In this document: one piece after another, positions 22,647 to 34,449 of the stretch | How positions within the stretch are numbered: position 1 is the first letter of the stretch | Layout of the letters: each line of letters starts with the position of its first letter | NCBI GenBank assembly: GCA_964019335.1 | Contig: OZ025753.1 | Coordinates: 1 to 64,000 of the forward strand | Direction: 5' to 3' | Origin: Diplonema japonicum | Taxonomy: Eukaryota > Protista > Euglenozoa: Diplonemea | DNA length: 64,000 nt | Notes under the pieces: generated by a model | The model's database searches: none | Told to the model about the DNA's origin: nothing | What the model saw: the letters and a program-made list of their open reading frames with translations, nothing else | Made by a program: the position numbers and the translations under genes

Positions 22647-24620
22647 ATGACTCTCCCCGTTCTCATCTACACTTCTCTTCTACTTGCACGAATAGAATAC
22701 CTCAGTTCCACCGAAACTCTCGCCTATGTCTGGGACCTGACTACAACTAAAGAGAATCTGCTGCTGGCCGCTTCAGGAAGCTCAGGATTGGTAATCTTCG
22801 ACGAGGCCCTAAAGGTACTGGGACGGTACAAGACCCCCGACGCGAGGAGCGTAGCTGTCCGAGGCAACACCGCGTACTTAGCGGATTTCACCGGTACGCT
22901 GTTTGTCGTAGATGTGACCGACCCAACCAAGCCTTTCTACCTCGCATCATTCACTGCTCCCTCACATTGCACAGGAGTCACCATTCACAAAGAAGTAGCC
23001 TACCTTTCCACCCCTGGAAAGGGTGTCATTTCCCTCAACATTTCGAACCCATGGTCGCCACCCACAACAATCGGTATTCATCCGACCCCTGGTCTTGCTG
23101 CAAACACGGCGGTTTCAGATGAAGATGTTATATACCACGCTGGCTTGGAGGGTTTCGTCAACACCAAAACCGGTGGCACGACTCTTCAAAGAAATCTGCG
23201 GGGGATCGAAGTTCTTTCAGATAAAACAATAGCAGCAGCGGTCGGTCCCACTGGTGTTGTGATATTCTCAAAATCCGGTGAATCTGTTCAAAACAGATTC
23301 GAGACCATCACAGGGACATCCATAACACGCTTCCCAGAAGCAGCCTCTGACAAGATAGCGGTGGCCGACGAGACCTTCGGGTTCCACATTATAGAAAAAA
23401 CACTCTTGAAAAGCTATGCTGTCGAGTGCAAAGGGGTGCTTAAGGTAGCATTTCACAAAAAAACCAACACGGTATATCTGGCCATGGGGCCTCTCGGTGT
23501 TCGGTCTGTCAATTTGCGATCAAAGGAAGTGTTGCTTCCATCGGCAATCCACGTCACCGGCGTCACACGTGGAGTGGCTGTTTCCAACAACACGGCTTAT
23601 TTAACAACGTCTTCAGGACTGCATGTCATCGATGTATCGGTACCGTCGCAGCCTAGAGTTAAAACAATTTTAAGAAAAATCGGGGTGTGGAGGGCCGTAG
23701 CGGTACACAATGAAACATCTTTGTATATCGCAGGGTCGACGGGTCTAGCTGTTTTCGACACGAATAACAACGAGATCTCACGTGAGTTTCCGATGCCGCA
23801 CGTTCTCAACTCTATTGAGTCGAAAGGTCGGACGCTGTTCGCAACTGATGGAACCACGGGCCTCCTGGTCTTCGACGTGCCCCCTGACACTAATATACCC
23901 GTTTTAACAAGTACATACCCCACGCCAGGGTTCTCGTTTGGGTCAGTTGTCGAGGGAGGGTTTGTGTACGTGGCTGATTCATTCTCCGTTGCCATCGTCG
24001 ACCTCGCGAAGGAGAAAATAGTCGGCTCCTGCAACTCGAGGTACGGCCGGGCCCACTCCGTGGCAATTCTCGGAACGGTGTGCTTCGTTGCCGGCGGGTA
24101 TTTTCTGGAGGTTTTTGACGTTGTCGACCCGTCGCTACCGGTTTTCATCGGAAACCTTGGGTTAAACACGTACATTCTCGATATTGCTCTTAGTGATGGT
24201 GTGATTTATTTATCAGATTCGCTGGGGGCTATTAGTGCGATAGATATCATCGATCCCGCCAAACCGTTTCTCGTGCAGAGTGTTACGTGTGGCGGTTCTG
24301 CGATAACTGGGCTGTCCGTCAGCGGGGGGATTGGGTATGCTGCCGGATCGGGGTTGGAAATTGTTAAGTTACGGGATGTTATAGTTCACCCGTCCCCTGT
24401 CCCTTCTTCTCTTGCTCCTGTCAATGAGGAGGAATCAGGTCGTTCTTCGGACAGGCTGCTGGCTGTCTTTGTTATCCTTGGGATTTGTGTCGTGATGTTC
24501 GTAGTGCTCGGGCAGCTGGCTCGCAGATCGCCTCACAGAGCGGTTGAGGTTGATGCACCTTTCGTTGAAATGTCCAACGATGAGCGGAGCATGGACCAGG
24601 TACCCGCACCGATGGATTGA
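22647..24620 (+). CDS. LVIVD-repeat beta-propeller type I membrane protein (divergent paralogue, ~657 aa)
   Basis: Hydrophobic N-terminus; repeats such as GNTAYLADFTGTLFVVDVTDPTKP and AYLTTSSGLHVIDVSVPSQP; TM LLAVFVILGICVVMFVVLG; short acidic tail. Confidence 0.85.
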   Translation: MTLPVLIYTSLLLARIEYLSSTETLAYVWDLTTTKENLLLAASGSSGLVIFDEALKVLGRYKTPDARSVAVRGNTAYLADFTGTLFVVDVTDPTKPFYLASFTAPSHCTGVTIHKEVAYLSTPGKGVISLNISNPWSPPTTIGIHPTPGLAANTAVSDEDVIYHAGLEGFVNTKTGGTTLQRNLRGIEVLSDKTIAAAVGPTGVVIFSKSGESVQNRFETITGTSITRFPEAASDKIAVADETFGFHIIEKTLLKSYAVECKGVLKVAFHKKTNTVYLAMGPLGVRSVNLRSKEVLLPSAIHVTGVTRGVAVSNNTAYLTTSSGLHVIDVSVPSQPRVKTILRKIGVWRAVAVHNETSLYIAGSTGLAVFDTNNNEISREFPMPHVLNSIESKGRTLFATDGTTGLLVFDVPPDTNIPVLTSTYPTPGFSFGSVVEGGFVYVADSFSVAIVDLAKEKIVGSCNSRYGRAHSVAILGTVCFVAGGYFLEVFDVVDPSLPVFIGNLGLNTYILDIALSDGVIYLSDSLGAISAIDIIDPAKPFLVQSVTCGGSAITGLSVSGGIGYAAGSGLEIVKLRDVIVHPSPVPSSLAPVNEEESGRSSDRLLAVFVILGICVVMFVVLGQLARRSPHRAVEVDAPFVEMSNDERSMDQVPAPMD

Positions 24621-25252
24621 AAAAAAACTTGATCGCTTAATCTTGTTTGCTCATATTCTTCCGCGATCCTGTCACATACTGCAGGTTCCCTTCAAAGACA
24701 TCTTTTTTTTTTGCTCTCTTCCGAAAAAATATTTCTTTTTTTTTTCCTTCTCTTTTTTTCTTGCGTGAACAAAATTTGTGTTGGTGCTATCCAAACCTTT
24801 GTTTGTGCACAGCCGGGTACTCTTTTTAGCAATAACAATTCATTATCAATATAAATATATTGTTTTTTTTGTTCAAACAAAAAGAAAAAAGCTTATCCTA
24901 TAACATGGCTGTGCACTAAACAGTTTTCAATCAACTCCTCCCCCCCCCCCCCCCCCCTCTTCCCCCACGTATATTTTTCATCAGTAGAAAACGCCTGTGG
25001 GCGGGTTGTGAATGTAATTCGCTTCGTTCGTCGTAAAAAAAGAAAAAAAAACCATTTTATGAAGCTGCTCGTACGGCCAAGCGCGCTTATAAAGCAGCTG
25101 AAATAATTCTTCTTTGAGGTCTACTTCATCCACCCAAGGGTCAACGTTACGAAAGGTCTCAGAGCCAGAAGACTTGCTTCTTTAACTATACCTTTTTCAC
25201 GTTAGAAGGGATTATATATATTTCCTTCCATCTATCTAAAAAATAAAGAATG

Positions 25253-25502
25253 CTGTAAAAACGAAAAATCACAGGAAGGTAAGATGTGCCCGGACGAGTG
25301 TTTCTTCCGGTAATTTTTCCTACCAGTTTCAGGTTAGGCTACATTCTTGTGACGGTGAAGGTAGCCCTGGGCCCCCTAAATAGGTAAGTGCCAAGAAAAA
25401 ATGCTCCCCTGGGAGGAAAAAAAAAAAAAAAAGATTACTGGAAGTCCGGAATATTCTTTCCCTGACGTCTTTTCCTTCCGGTAATCTTTTTTCGTTTTAC
25501 AG
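25253..25502. mobile_element. pogo/Tc1-mariner-type MITE
   Basis: TIRs ctgtaaaaacgaaaaatcacaggaagg / ccttccggtaatctttttcgttttacag followed by TA; same CTGTAAAA terminus as the transposase-bearing copy at 42437. Confidence 0.65.
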
Positions 25503-26064
25503 TAGTTTCTATTTCCCCCCCCCCCCTTTTTTTTCCCTCTCTCGTATCTTGTTTTAATTTTGAAATGTTTGATTCTAGAAGAAAAAAAAAAAGAAAAAAT
25601 AGGGCCGCGACACATAGACACATGGGCTGTCCCGCTAAAAGACGTGCTTCATGAGGACAGGCGGAAAAGGCGAAGTGGACGGCACGCAAAGAATCCCATG
25701 TTCCTGGGTGTGAGGTTCTGAAGAAGTGAACCTTAAGTCACGGAAAAAAAAGATTTTTCAGCGAAAACTTTGGACATCTTTTTTTTCTCCCCTACCTAGC
25801 ACGACCCCAAGCAATGTTTCTCGCCCAGATGCCGTCCATCTCATCGCGACAAAAAACCACCGCAGGCACCAGACAGCAACCGCAGAACGGTGACCAATTA
25901 GTGTGCATTTCTCCCTGAACAGTGAGCACCCACCCGCACAACGAAATTTATCAAATTCTTTTTGATTTTCCCCCTGTGTGAGTACTAAAAGCCCCCCCTG
26001 GAAGAAACGGTCACTTAACGGATCCGAAGGCGTTAAAAAAAAAAATAAAGGATACCACATAACC

Positions 26065-27281
26065 ATGAATGGACCATCGGGAGTGATGCTTCAGGCAAGG
26101 CTCCCCACCTCTGAGACCATCAGCATAGAGGCAGTGGCTTCGGAGGAGATGAAAAAGGTGAAGGAGAGGATTGCATCGATGGGAGGGTTGGATGTGGACA
26201 TCTTCACCCTCACCTTCGATAGGGAGGTGGTGGCGGCGGCTGCTGACGACGGCGGTGGACAGCTTGTCGGAGATCTTCCTTTTGAGGATGGAAGCATGCT
26301 TGAAGTGGTGGTGTGCAAGAGGCAGGCGGCTCTGTTGAAACTCTCTGAGATGGGGTTCGAAGTGAATGGAAAAGAATTAACCTTCCGTCGCGTGCTAGGA
26401 CAGCTTTCAGGTTGGGGCAGGGGCGAAGTAGAGAACGAGAAGATCTGCGAGGTTGTGAACCTTCTCCTGGATGCTGGGGTGAGTGGTGGGGAGGAGATGC
26501 CCTTTCACATGGCTGTCAGGCACAATATTCCTTCTTGTGTGGAGGTTCTCTTGAATCGCACTTCTGTAGATGTGAATTCAAAAGTATATGATTGCGGGAA
26601 TCTACGCACAGCACTTGGCAGGGCCACTTCGGGGGAGGTGGCGGCTGTTCTCTTGAGGCACAACGCAGATGCCAACGAAAAAGACAGTTACGGTGTTCCT
26701 GTCATTCACGGTGCAGCATGTAGGGAGCAGCATCCTGGGAGCAAGCTTTCTGTACTTCTGAAACACAACGCAGATGTGAATGCAAGAGACAGGGAAGGAA
26801 GGACGGCTCTTCATGGTTTCCATCTTCACCCCTCTGCTGTACACCTTCTTCTTGAACACAATGCAGACATCGAGGCAAAAAGCAACGAGGGAAGAACACC
26901 CCTTTGCATGGCTCGTTAGAGGTGGCGGAAGCTCTTCTTGAGCACAATGCTGATGTGAAGGCAAGGGACATGGAAGGGAACACGTGTCTGCACCACGCTG
27001 TTCAAAGAGGTTGGTTCGATGTAGTTCCTGTTCTGCTGAGACACAATGCAGATGTGACGGCAAGGAACGATGAAGGGAAGACGGCTCTCGATCTTGTTTT
27101 CACTGATATTGAATATCTCGATTATGTTCCCACTAAAAAAAGGGACTTGGGTGCGATGCGATACCTGTTGCAGGACCCGAGTCTCGCTCATGATCTGGAG
27201 CTGTTCGAAAGTGGGATGGAGCTGAGCGACAGCAGCAGGCTTCCTGTTGTTCAACGGATTTCAAATTCCTTTAGTGACTAG
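26065..27281 (+). pseudogene. Ubiquitin-like + ankyrin-repeat protein, frameshifted near 26905 (pseudogene or sequencing error)
   Basis: N-terminal Ubl-like segment (TISIEA..VKERIASMGGL..FTLTF); repeated LL.HNADVNA.D.EGRT.LH across ORFs 25978-26919 and 26904-27281. Confidence 0.75.
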
Positions 27282-27572
27282 TGGCACTCGGAGGTCTACG
27301 CCTTTTTTATTGGTTATTAGATCTCCAGCAGTGTACCCGAAAGACGATCCTGTTTCTCGCAGACGCAGCAGTGTGAAAGAAAATAGAAAGCCCCCTAACG
27401 AACTTTTCCCCACCCCGATAACGTGATCAAAAAAAAAAAAAGAAAAAAAAAAAGGATACTGAGGTCCGGTACCCGCAGTAGCCCAAAAAAAAAAAAAAAA
27501 AAAAAAAAAGGTGTAAAGGGGCCCCACGAATAATCCCTTTTTTGGGGTGTTTGGGCTCCAAAAAAAAGAATT

Positions 27573-28185
27573 GCTGTAAACAAAAAATCACCGGAAGATT
27601 AAATGTCGGGACCGCCGAAACATCCGGTGATTTTTTTCTTCCGGACATTTTCCGCTTCTTTTTGGGCACTTTTCTAACTGCCTGATCCCATGTTCTTTGA
27701 TGGTCCTTCCGACGGACTCTGCGAACCTCCTCGCTGCTTGGGTGTCTTTGGGGCTGCTAGACTTCCCTATTGTTGGGCGGCGGCTTGTGATGCCATGCTT
27801 GGAGCACAGCTGGTTGGCCCTCTGAGATCAACAGTCCGACGCTGCTACCGGCACCCTTCCGTTCTGCACCTGGATCCAAACGAAGAGCTTTGTTGTTTCT
27901 TCCTTGTTCAGAAGAGACTTGCGACCCGCAGTAACGGGTGCGGCAGAGGAGCTACCAAAGCGGTGTTTCCAGTGGACATTGGCTCCATGACGCAAACCCG
28001 CAAAGCATAAGAACAACTCTAAAGCAAGCACAAGAAGTTCGGTTCAACAAGCTTGTGGTAGAAGCGAACAACCAGGATCTGAAGTATCTTTTAGTTCTCG
28101 GAAAAGTCCGTAATTCAATTCTCTGACTTTCGTTTGATTTTCTCTTGCTACAGAAACTAGTTTCATCCGTTTCCGGGTCCAGCCC
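27573..28185. mobile_element. Partial pogo-type non-autonomous element
   Basis: Left TIR ctgtaaacaaaaaatcaccggaagat; 28002-28183 is homologous to 59638-59815. Confidence 0.6.
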
Positions 28186-28407
28186 TTTAAAAAAAAATAT
28201 TTGGGTTGTACTTATTTGGGCTGGGGGGCCTGCCACATGGAAAGCAGAGAGCGGGGCTTAGAGCACTTCGTGAATTTTAACATGCCAAATTGTGCCAAGA
28301 TTTCTTTTCAAGCCCATTTTCTTTCCTAAGGGGAATTTTAACAGTTTTTCTCCCAGGCTGTGGAGAACCTACAAACGTCGCAAGACAAACCGCCTGGTTT
28401 TGGCGTC

Positions 28408-28690
28408 AGGTGGTTGCTGGGAAGTTGTGGAAGGTCTCAGAGGTCAGCTTGGGCTTGAGAGGCTGCTCGGGAGGAGTCTCGTCAGGTGTAGAGTCTGCAA
28501 GCACAAAAACCGCGGAGGAGTTCGGGGATCACATGCGGTTTGTCCGGTTCGCCCTCGACTTCGACTACACGTGGATCATGGCCAAGCTTGGAAGGCGAAG
28601 GGAGCAGCAGTACACACGACATGGAGATAGGAGAGCCTTAAAAGATCACTACTCCATGGATACTGACTGGCTGTTCTGCAGTGGCACAAT
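28408..28690 (+). mobile_element. Possible DIRS-type fragment with a tyrosine-recombinase-like C-terminal motif
   Basis: Similar to the reverse complement of 185-290; peptide WIMAKLGRRREQQYTRH weakly resembles the I..LGRW.S....Y.R motif of tyrosine recombinases. Confidence 0.3.
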
Positions 28691-29109
28691 GTGAGGCAGC
28701 GCCATCCCCCGAAGACCAGCGAGCTACGAGGGCAAAAACCTCATTTTCTTCTAGAAGATGAGAAATATATTATTGTGCGACATGATCAGACTGGAACGGC
28801 GGACGTGGGAGGCCCTTCTTCGGAAGGTGCCAGTCGCTTGATCAGTGCCGTCGAATGCGCTATATTTGGCAAAACAAGCATCGCAATTGAAAGAACGGCA
28901 ACAGGTACACCATATATGTCAGCTTCCTATGGTTGCATGCTGCCCTTTTTTTTTGCTCAAGAAAGGTTTTGAGATTTTAGTCCGGACGAACAATCGATTG
29001 AAAGTAAAAACCAAAGGACTGAGCCTCCTCGTAAGGCCAAGGCCACAAGGGGGAAAGGGGAGATATGTTAAAGACAAGGACAGGGCTCGGAAAAGAAAGA
29101 TACGAATAA

Positions 29110-30342
29110 ATGAACGGTCTTCGGGACATGTTGCTGCTGGCAGCCCTCCTCGCAAGCAGTGCTGCGGCACCACTCAGTCGCATTGGAGGCATCGATGCCC
29201 TCGGTGATGTCAACGACGTGCAAACGATAGGGAACATCGCTTACGTTGCAGGCGGGGCCACGGGTCTCATGATATTCGATGTCAGTAATGCGTCGTCGCC
29301 GAAGCTGCTGAGCAGCAGTGCTGATTGCATTGGGTGCAACACGACAGCTCAGTACGTGACTGTGGTGGGCACAACGGCTTACGTGGTTCCTGTTGACTAT
29401 TACAATCCTGGTCCCGGCCACACAGTGTTCGCGATTGTTGATGCGAGCACACCTTCGTCACCGAGGCAGCTGGGGACTTACGAAAAGGAAACTGTTTACT
29501 ATCTCAACTATCCTCGCGTTTTCATTTCAGGGAAGTATGCGTACTCACCGACACAGAATGATGGAATCCATGTGGTGGATGTGAGCACACCGTCGTCGCC
29601 CAGCTTGGTGACAAAGCTTGACTTCAAGTTCAAGTGGGGCCTTGCTTACTGCGTTGTTGGGACGACTCTCTTCACGTATTCTGAACTGCAGGCGTCCTGC
29701 AGCTCTACGACGTGACAACCCCGAACCTTCCTCAGACCTTGGGCGAGGTGAACTTAATGCTCAATAGTCCCCCTCTGCTCAGTGCTTTTGCGTCTCATCT
29801 CTATGTGGCTTCTATTGTGTGTTCGCCATCATCGACTTCTCTTCACGTTCGGCCCCAAAGCAGATGGGTACCTTGACCCTCACATCTTCATTTTCATCTC
29901 TCTCCGTGTCGGGGAACACAGCTTATGGTGGGACTTACAACGATAGCGGGTCTAGTCTTGTTGTTGTTGACATCAGCGACCCGTCCACACCGGTACCAGT
30001 GGGAAGCAGCACTTGCAGCACTTTTGTACCAGCCATCTCTGTGTCTGGGACGAAGGTCTTTGCTGGGGTTCTGTTCGGTCTGGAGGTCTTCGATGTGATG
30101 CGATCCCTCTTCACCTCAACCTGTGGGTGGCTACAGCACGAGGGATGGTGGGTGTTGAGCTATTTGGTTCGATGGCTGTTGTCACTACCACACCACAAGA
30201 TCAAAGCAACTTGGCCATGCAAACCTACGATGTTCGTGATGCGTCTTCCCCGCAAGAGCTGGGCAGTCTTCTGGTCAATGACTATCATGTCTTCACCAAC
30301 TTCCTTGCTCTGTCAGGAACGACAGTGTACTTGCCATTCGTG
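29110..30342 (+). pseudogene. LVIVD surface-protein paralogue A (frameshifts, 3' truncated)
   Basis: Signal peptide MNGLRDMLLLAALLASSAAA; frameshifts near 29685, 29815 and 30098; breaks off after ..TVYLPFV at the junction with the ingi-like LINE. Confidence 0.85.
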
Positions 30343-32072
30343 TCCGCGTCAAGAAGAAACGTGAGCCTCTCCGCGATCATCCTCTCCAGCAGCTTGCAGA
30401 GGCAGCTGGTCAGGCAGATCGGCCGGTAGGAAGCCAAGAGAGTCGCATCCTTCCCAGGTTTCGGTACTCCCTTCTTCCAGGCGCCGGGGACGACACCCAT
30501 CAGCCAGGAGCGATTGAGGAGCAGAAGGAGGACACCGAGGGAGTCCGAGTTCAGGTGTAGGAACATCTCCGAGAAGATTCCGTCTTCCCCGGCCGCGCTG
30601 CGCGTCTTCATCCTTCTCATCTCGCCGCGGGTGAGGTCGTCCACGGTGAACGCTTGACACCCGAGTCTGCTTGCAGAAGGAGCAGCGTCCTTCGAGTTCC
30701 CGTCACCACGCCTGCCGTAAAGCTTTGCGAAGTGTGCCCCCAGCCGGTCAGCCTTCGCCTTGTCCGACACGAATCTTCCCTCGAGTACAGGAAGGTGTGT
30801 CTTTCGGTGCCTGCCGTCCAGCTTCTTCACCGCTCTGAACGCAGCCCCGAGGTCCTTGCTCCGGCTGAGGTCGGCCGCCATCCTTCCCCACGCCTCACGC
30901 TTCGTCTCGTCAAGGAGTCGGTTGACTTCTTTCACCTTCGCCCTGTACTCCTCCACCACGTCCGCCTCTGAAGCATTCGCAAGCGTTCGCGCAGGGTGTT
31001 CCGCTCTTCGAAGGCGTCCTCGAGCTCAGCAGTCCACCAGGGGGTCGGGCCACGTCGCATCCCACAGAGGGGAATGTGGTCGTTCGCCGCTGTCAAAAGG
31101 GCTTGTGTGAACCCTTCGTGACAGAGTCAATCGGAGCCGCCATGTCAACGTCAGCAAGCAGGCGGGCAACAGCAGCGGTGTTCATCCCACCTGGCTTTCT
31201 TGAAGTTCCAAGTGGGGAAGGGGCGCTCCGAACGGTAGACGTCCTCAAGAGGCGGTGAAAGGATACGGACTATGATCGGAGCCCCACGTGCCCAGCGTCT
31301 TCGGCTCAAGCTTCGCGCAGCGCCCCACAACCAGGTCCAGAACGTGACGTGACGAGTCCCTCGTCGGCTCGTTGACCACGTTCCCCCTCTCGTTCGGCGT
31401 CGTCACCGTGGCGTCCCAGGAGCTGTGGTGAGCATTGAAGTCACCCGCTACGACTGTGTTCTTCCCCATGGGAAGGCTGCCAGGTCGCAGGTACTCAGGG
31501 TCCCTCGTGCCTCTGCTCGCGCTCACCGGTGTAAGGTAAACGTTGGAGAGAGTGATCGGCTCACGCCTCTCGCAGGAGATCCTCACATCCAGTCTCTCAG
31601 TGACACAGTCCCCATCCGGGAGCACGTGCGGGACCTCCTCCGAGGCAAGATCGTCGCGGACATACGTGACAATACCACCACCCCTTGTCGCAGCGCCGTC
31701 GGTCACCGGTGTCACCCGATCCCTCCTGTATGACCTGTACCCAGGCAGGTGTGGCGTGTCGTGCTCTTCCCTCAGGTGCGTCTCCTGGATCATGATGATG
31801 TCCAGCGACAAGAAGTCAGCATGGCGAGATACGACGGTCCATTTCGCAACGAGGCCGTTGCAGTTCCACGAGACAACCTTGAGACCCTTAGGCGACGGGG
31901 GCGGCAGCTTCTTGGGTGGGCCAGGGTTTGTCTCGACCAGCCCTAGCAGCCCCAGCAGGTCCCTGGCAGACATCCGCCCGAGCAGTACTCGGGCAACCGG
32001 GTGAGCGTCTCGAGACACTTCCAACCCACCTAGTGGGTACGGCCTTAGCAAGTCGAAAAGGAAGTGGAATTT
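30343..32072 (-). mobile_element. ingi/L1Tc-like non-LTR retrotransposon, 5' part (2A-like peptide, APE, start of RT), decayed
   Basis: MSARDLLGLLGLVETNPGP; APE motifs VVSWNCNGL, MIQETHL, AGDFNAHH..W, LDL, GSDH; RT start SAAGEDGI, YRPICLTSCLCKLLERMI. Confidence 0.85.
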
Positions 32073-32164
32073 AAAAAAAAAAAAAAAACTTTATGGGTGT
32101 CGATTATGGACCTGAATTCCATGGTGAAGCAGCGTGCCCTCTCGTTGTCCTTCTCGTTTCCGGA

Positions 32165-32930
32165 GGTGGCTTGCGGCTGTTGTCTTTCTTGCTGCAAAAC
32201 TTGTCAGCCTAGCTAGTGGGAGGCTGCTGGAGTCTCGTCAGGTGTAGTGTCCATTGTAACACCCGCAACAACGTTCTGTGCTGCACTGTCTAAAGGGTCC
32301 GACTCCTTCAAAGTGCTTACTTCGCTAAGTACCCTTAGCTGTATGGTCTCCTCGGAACTACCTGGAAGGTAGCCGCGAGACTGTATACAGCTAGAGGTGT
32401 CGAGCAATTGCATGACCTTCTCATGTGCCTGCCCTACCCACAGTGCCACGTTGATTTGGCGCTCTGCTGCAGTCATCAACCAACTGCTTGGGTTAGGCTG
32501 CTTACGGTCGTTAAGGCTAACGACTGACTGGCTTGGCGTCCCCCTCTGGCAAGGCTACTCAAGGGTGTGTCGGACGCGAGCGCTGTGGGCTTTGTGTATG
32601 GAGGCACTGCTGTCTATGGTGTGTTCCCACCTTGCCTATCGGGTGTGGACATACACCTGAGGGAGCTGTTCGGGGTGGTTCGCTTGGTCCACTGGATAAC
32701 TCAGCGTGAAAATAACGCGAGGGTTATAGCACAGTGCGATAACAAGGCAGTCATCGGCCACGTGACTCGTGGCTTTTCTCTGGACGCGACCACTATGCAA
32801 TGGTTGGCGTTGCTCCAGACCATGCTCACCAACAGCGGGTGCCAGCTAGAGCTGGTTTATGTCCCATCTGCCGAGAATCTCGCAGATCGGTATACGAGGC
32901 TGGCCTCTCAGAAGGTTCATTGTTAGACAG
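32165..32930 (+). mobile_element. DIRS-type retrotransposon fragment (RNase H)
   Basis: SDAS..G..DIHLREL..CDNKAV..YVPSAENLADRYTR in ORF 32567-32926. Confidence 0.7.
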
Positions 32931-33169
32931 CCGTGCAGTTCCCTTTTTAGTTTGGTTCAAGACCAATGCGGTTTACGCGCTTTTACTTTAATTTTGCCCG
33001 GACCCTCTCTTCAAAAAAAAAAAAAAAAAGAAAAAGAACAAAAAGAATGATTCACTTTACATTTAGAGGGGAGGGGGGAGGGCGTTTCTTATATGAACCG
33101 GCACGTACAAACAACGGCCAGTTCCTCTTTTGCAAGAACGAGTCTTTGACTTGTCTAAACAAAAAAAAA

Positions 33170-33362
33170 GATACTGAGGACCGGCACCCTCAGTAGCCTT
33201 CAAAAAAAAAAAAAAAAAAGAAATGCCAAACAACCAGCAAAGCTTGTGGGAAGAGAACACCAGTACGGTCATGAGTACTCGGGCAACCGGGTGAGCGTCT
33301 CGAGACACTTCCAACCCACCTAGTGGGTGCGGCCTTAGCAAGTCGAAAAGGAAGTGGAATTT
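33170..33362 (-). mobile_element. Short non-autonomous derivative (RIME/NARTc-like SINE) of the ingi-like LINE
   Basis: First ~90 nt nearly identical to the LINE 5' end (31984-32072); ends in hairpin ctactgagggtgccggtcctcagtatc followed by a T tract. Confidence 0.7.
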
Positions 33363-33474
33363 AAAAAAAAAAAAAAAAAGCCGGCTTCCGTACCGAGCGA
33401 TCGACAATTGAGCAGATAGCGCTCCTGTCCCAAACCTATTTCTTCGCTTCTCTATTCTAACTTTAAATCATTTC

Positions 33475-33560
33475 AGAAACCTTGAAAGACAGCAGGCAGG
33501 AAAAGAAAGTATCACTGGCGCTATTTTTGGACTTCGAAAAGGCCTTCGACACGGTCGAGA
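33475..33560 (+). mobile_element. Tiny LINE RT fragment
   Basis: Translates ..KVSLALFLDFEKAFDTVE, a conserved LINE RT motif. Confidence 0.55.
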
Positions 33561-33873
33561 AGACGAAGCAAGGAACAAGGAATAAAGCCCTTCCAGGCAA
33601 ACGTAAAAACGAATAAAAGCAGGATCTGCTACCCCCCCCTACTATAATTTGATAGCTCAATTATGGGCAGGGCTCGGCAGAGTGAAAAAGTTTTTAAAAC
33701 ATCTGAACTCAAGATCATCAAAAAGAAAGCCAAGATCAACCCCACTCCGGATCAAGCTCCGGAAACAACAAGGCACCCAAGCCACCCTGCGAGGCTCCCC
33801 AGATCGCCCAAGCCTAGCTTGTCAAACCCCAACCTGAGGAAAAAAAAAGGAAAAAAAAAGAAGGAAAAAAAAA

Positions 33874-34064
33874 GGTACTGGGGTCCGGCACCCGCAGTAG
33901 CCAAAAAAAAAAAAAAAAAGAAGAAGTGTAAAAAAAAGGGCCAAATAAAGCAAAGCTTGTGGGATGAGAACACCAGTAACCCGGGCAACCGGGCGAGCGT
34001 CTCGAGACACATCCAACGCACCTAGTGGGTGCGGCCTTAGCAAGTCGAAAAAGAAGTGGAATTT
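33874..34064 (-). mobile_element. Second ingi-derived SINE copy
   Basis: Homologous to 33170-33362; more diverged copies at ~43765-43927 and ~53725-53887; solo 3' hairpin at 27454-27484. Confidence 0.7.
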
Positions 34065-34286
34065 AAAAAAGAAAAAGACTGCAAGGAAGAGACAGCAGCT
34101 AGTGGCAGAATCTGCGGGCTGCCCTAAGGGTCACGGGTATGACGTTAAACTGCATCCGCCGTCGCTTTTTGGGCCAGCATTTTCTGGCGACCAGTCGTTC
34201 TTTATCTTTCCCTTTCCATTTCGTTCTGTTATTTTCATTATTCTTTTCGGCAATAGACTCATGGAAGCAACCTCTGCTTAATTCCT

Positions 34287-34324
34287 ACCAACGATTCTAA
34301 AGCTACAATTTCTGTATTTTATTG
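34287..34324 (+). other. Spliced-leader (SL) exon relic
   Basis: ACCAACGATTCTAAAGCTACAATTTCTGTATTTTATTG closely matches the 39-nt diplonemid SL as I recall it (AACCAACGATTTAAAAGCTACAGTTTCTGTACTTTATTG); not followed by a GT donor. Confidence 0.75.
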
Positions 34325-34449
34325 CGGAGTACTGTTCGGGCATTCTAAGCTTTGTTTCTCGCCAAAGATATCGCGACACAGCCACAACAAGGAATTATTA
34401 TATTATATTTCCATCTAAAAAAGGAGTAATTTCTATTTTTCTTTTTTCT

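Noticed and set aside
34287-34420. Functional SL RNA gene
   Set aside because: No GT donor after the exon, mismatches to the recalled SL, and not in a tandem array.
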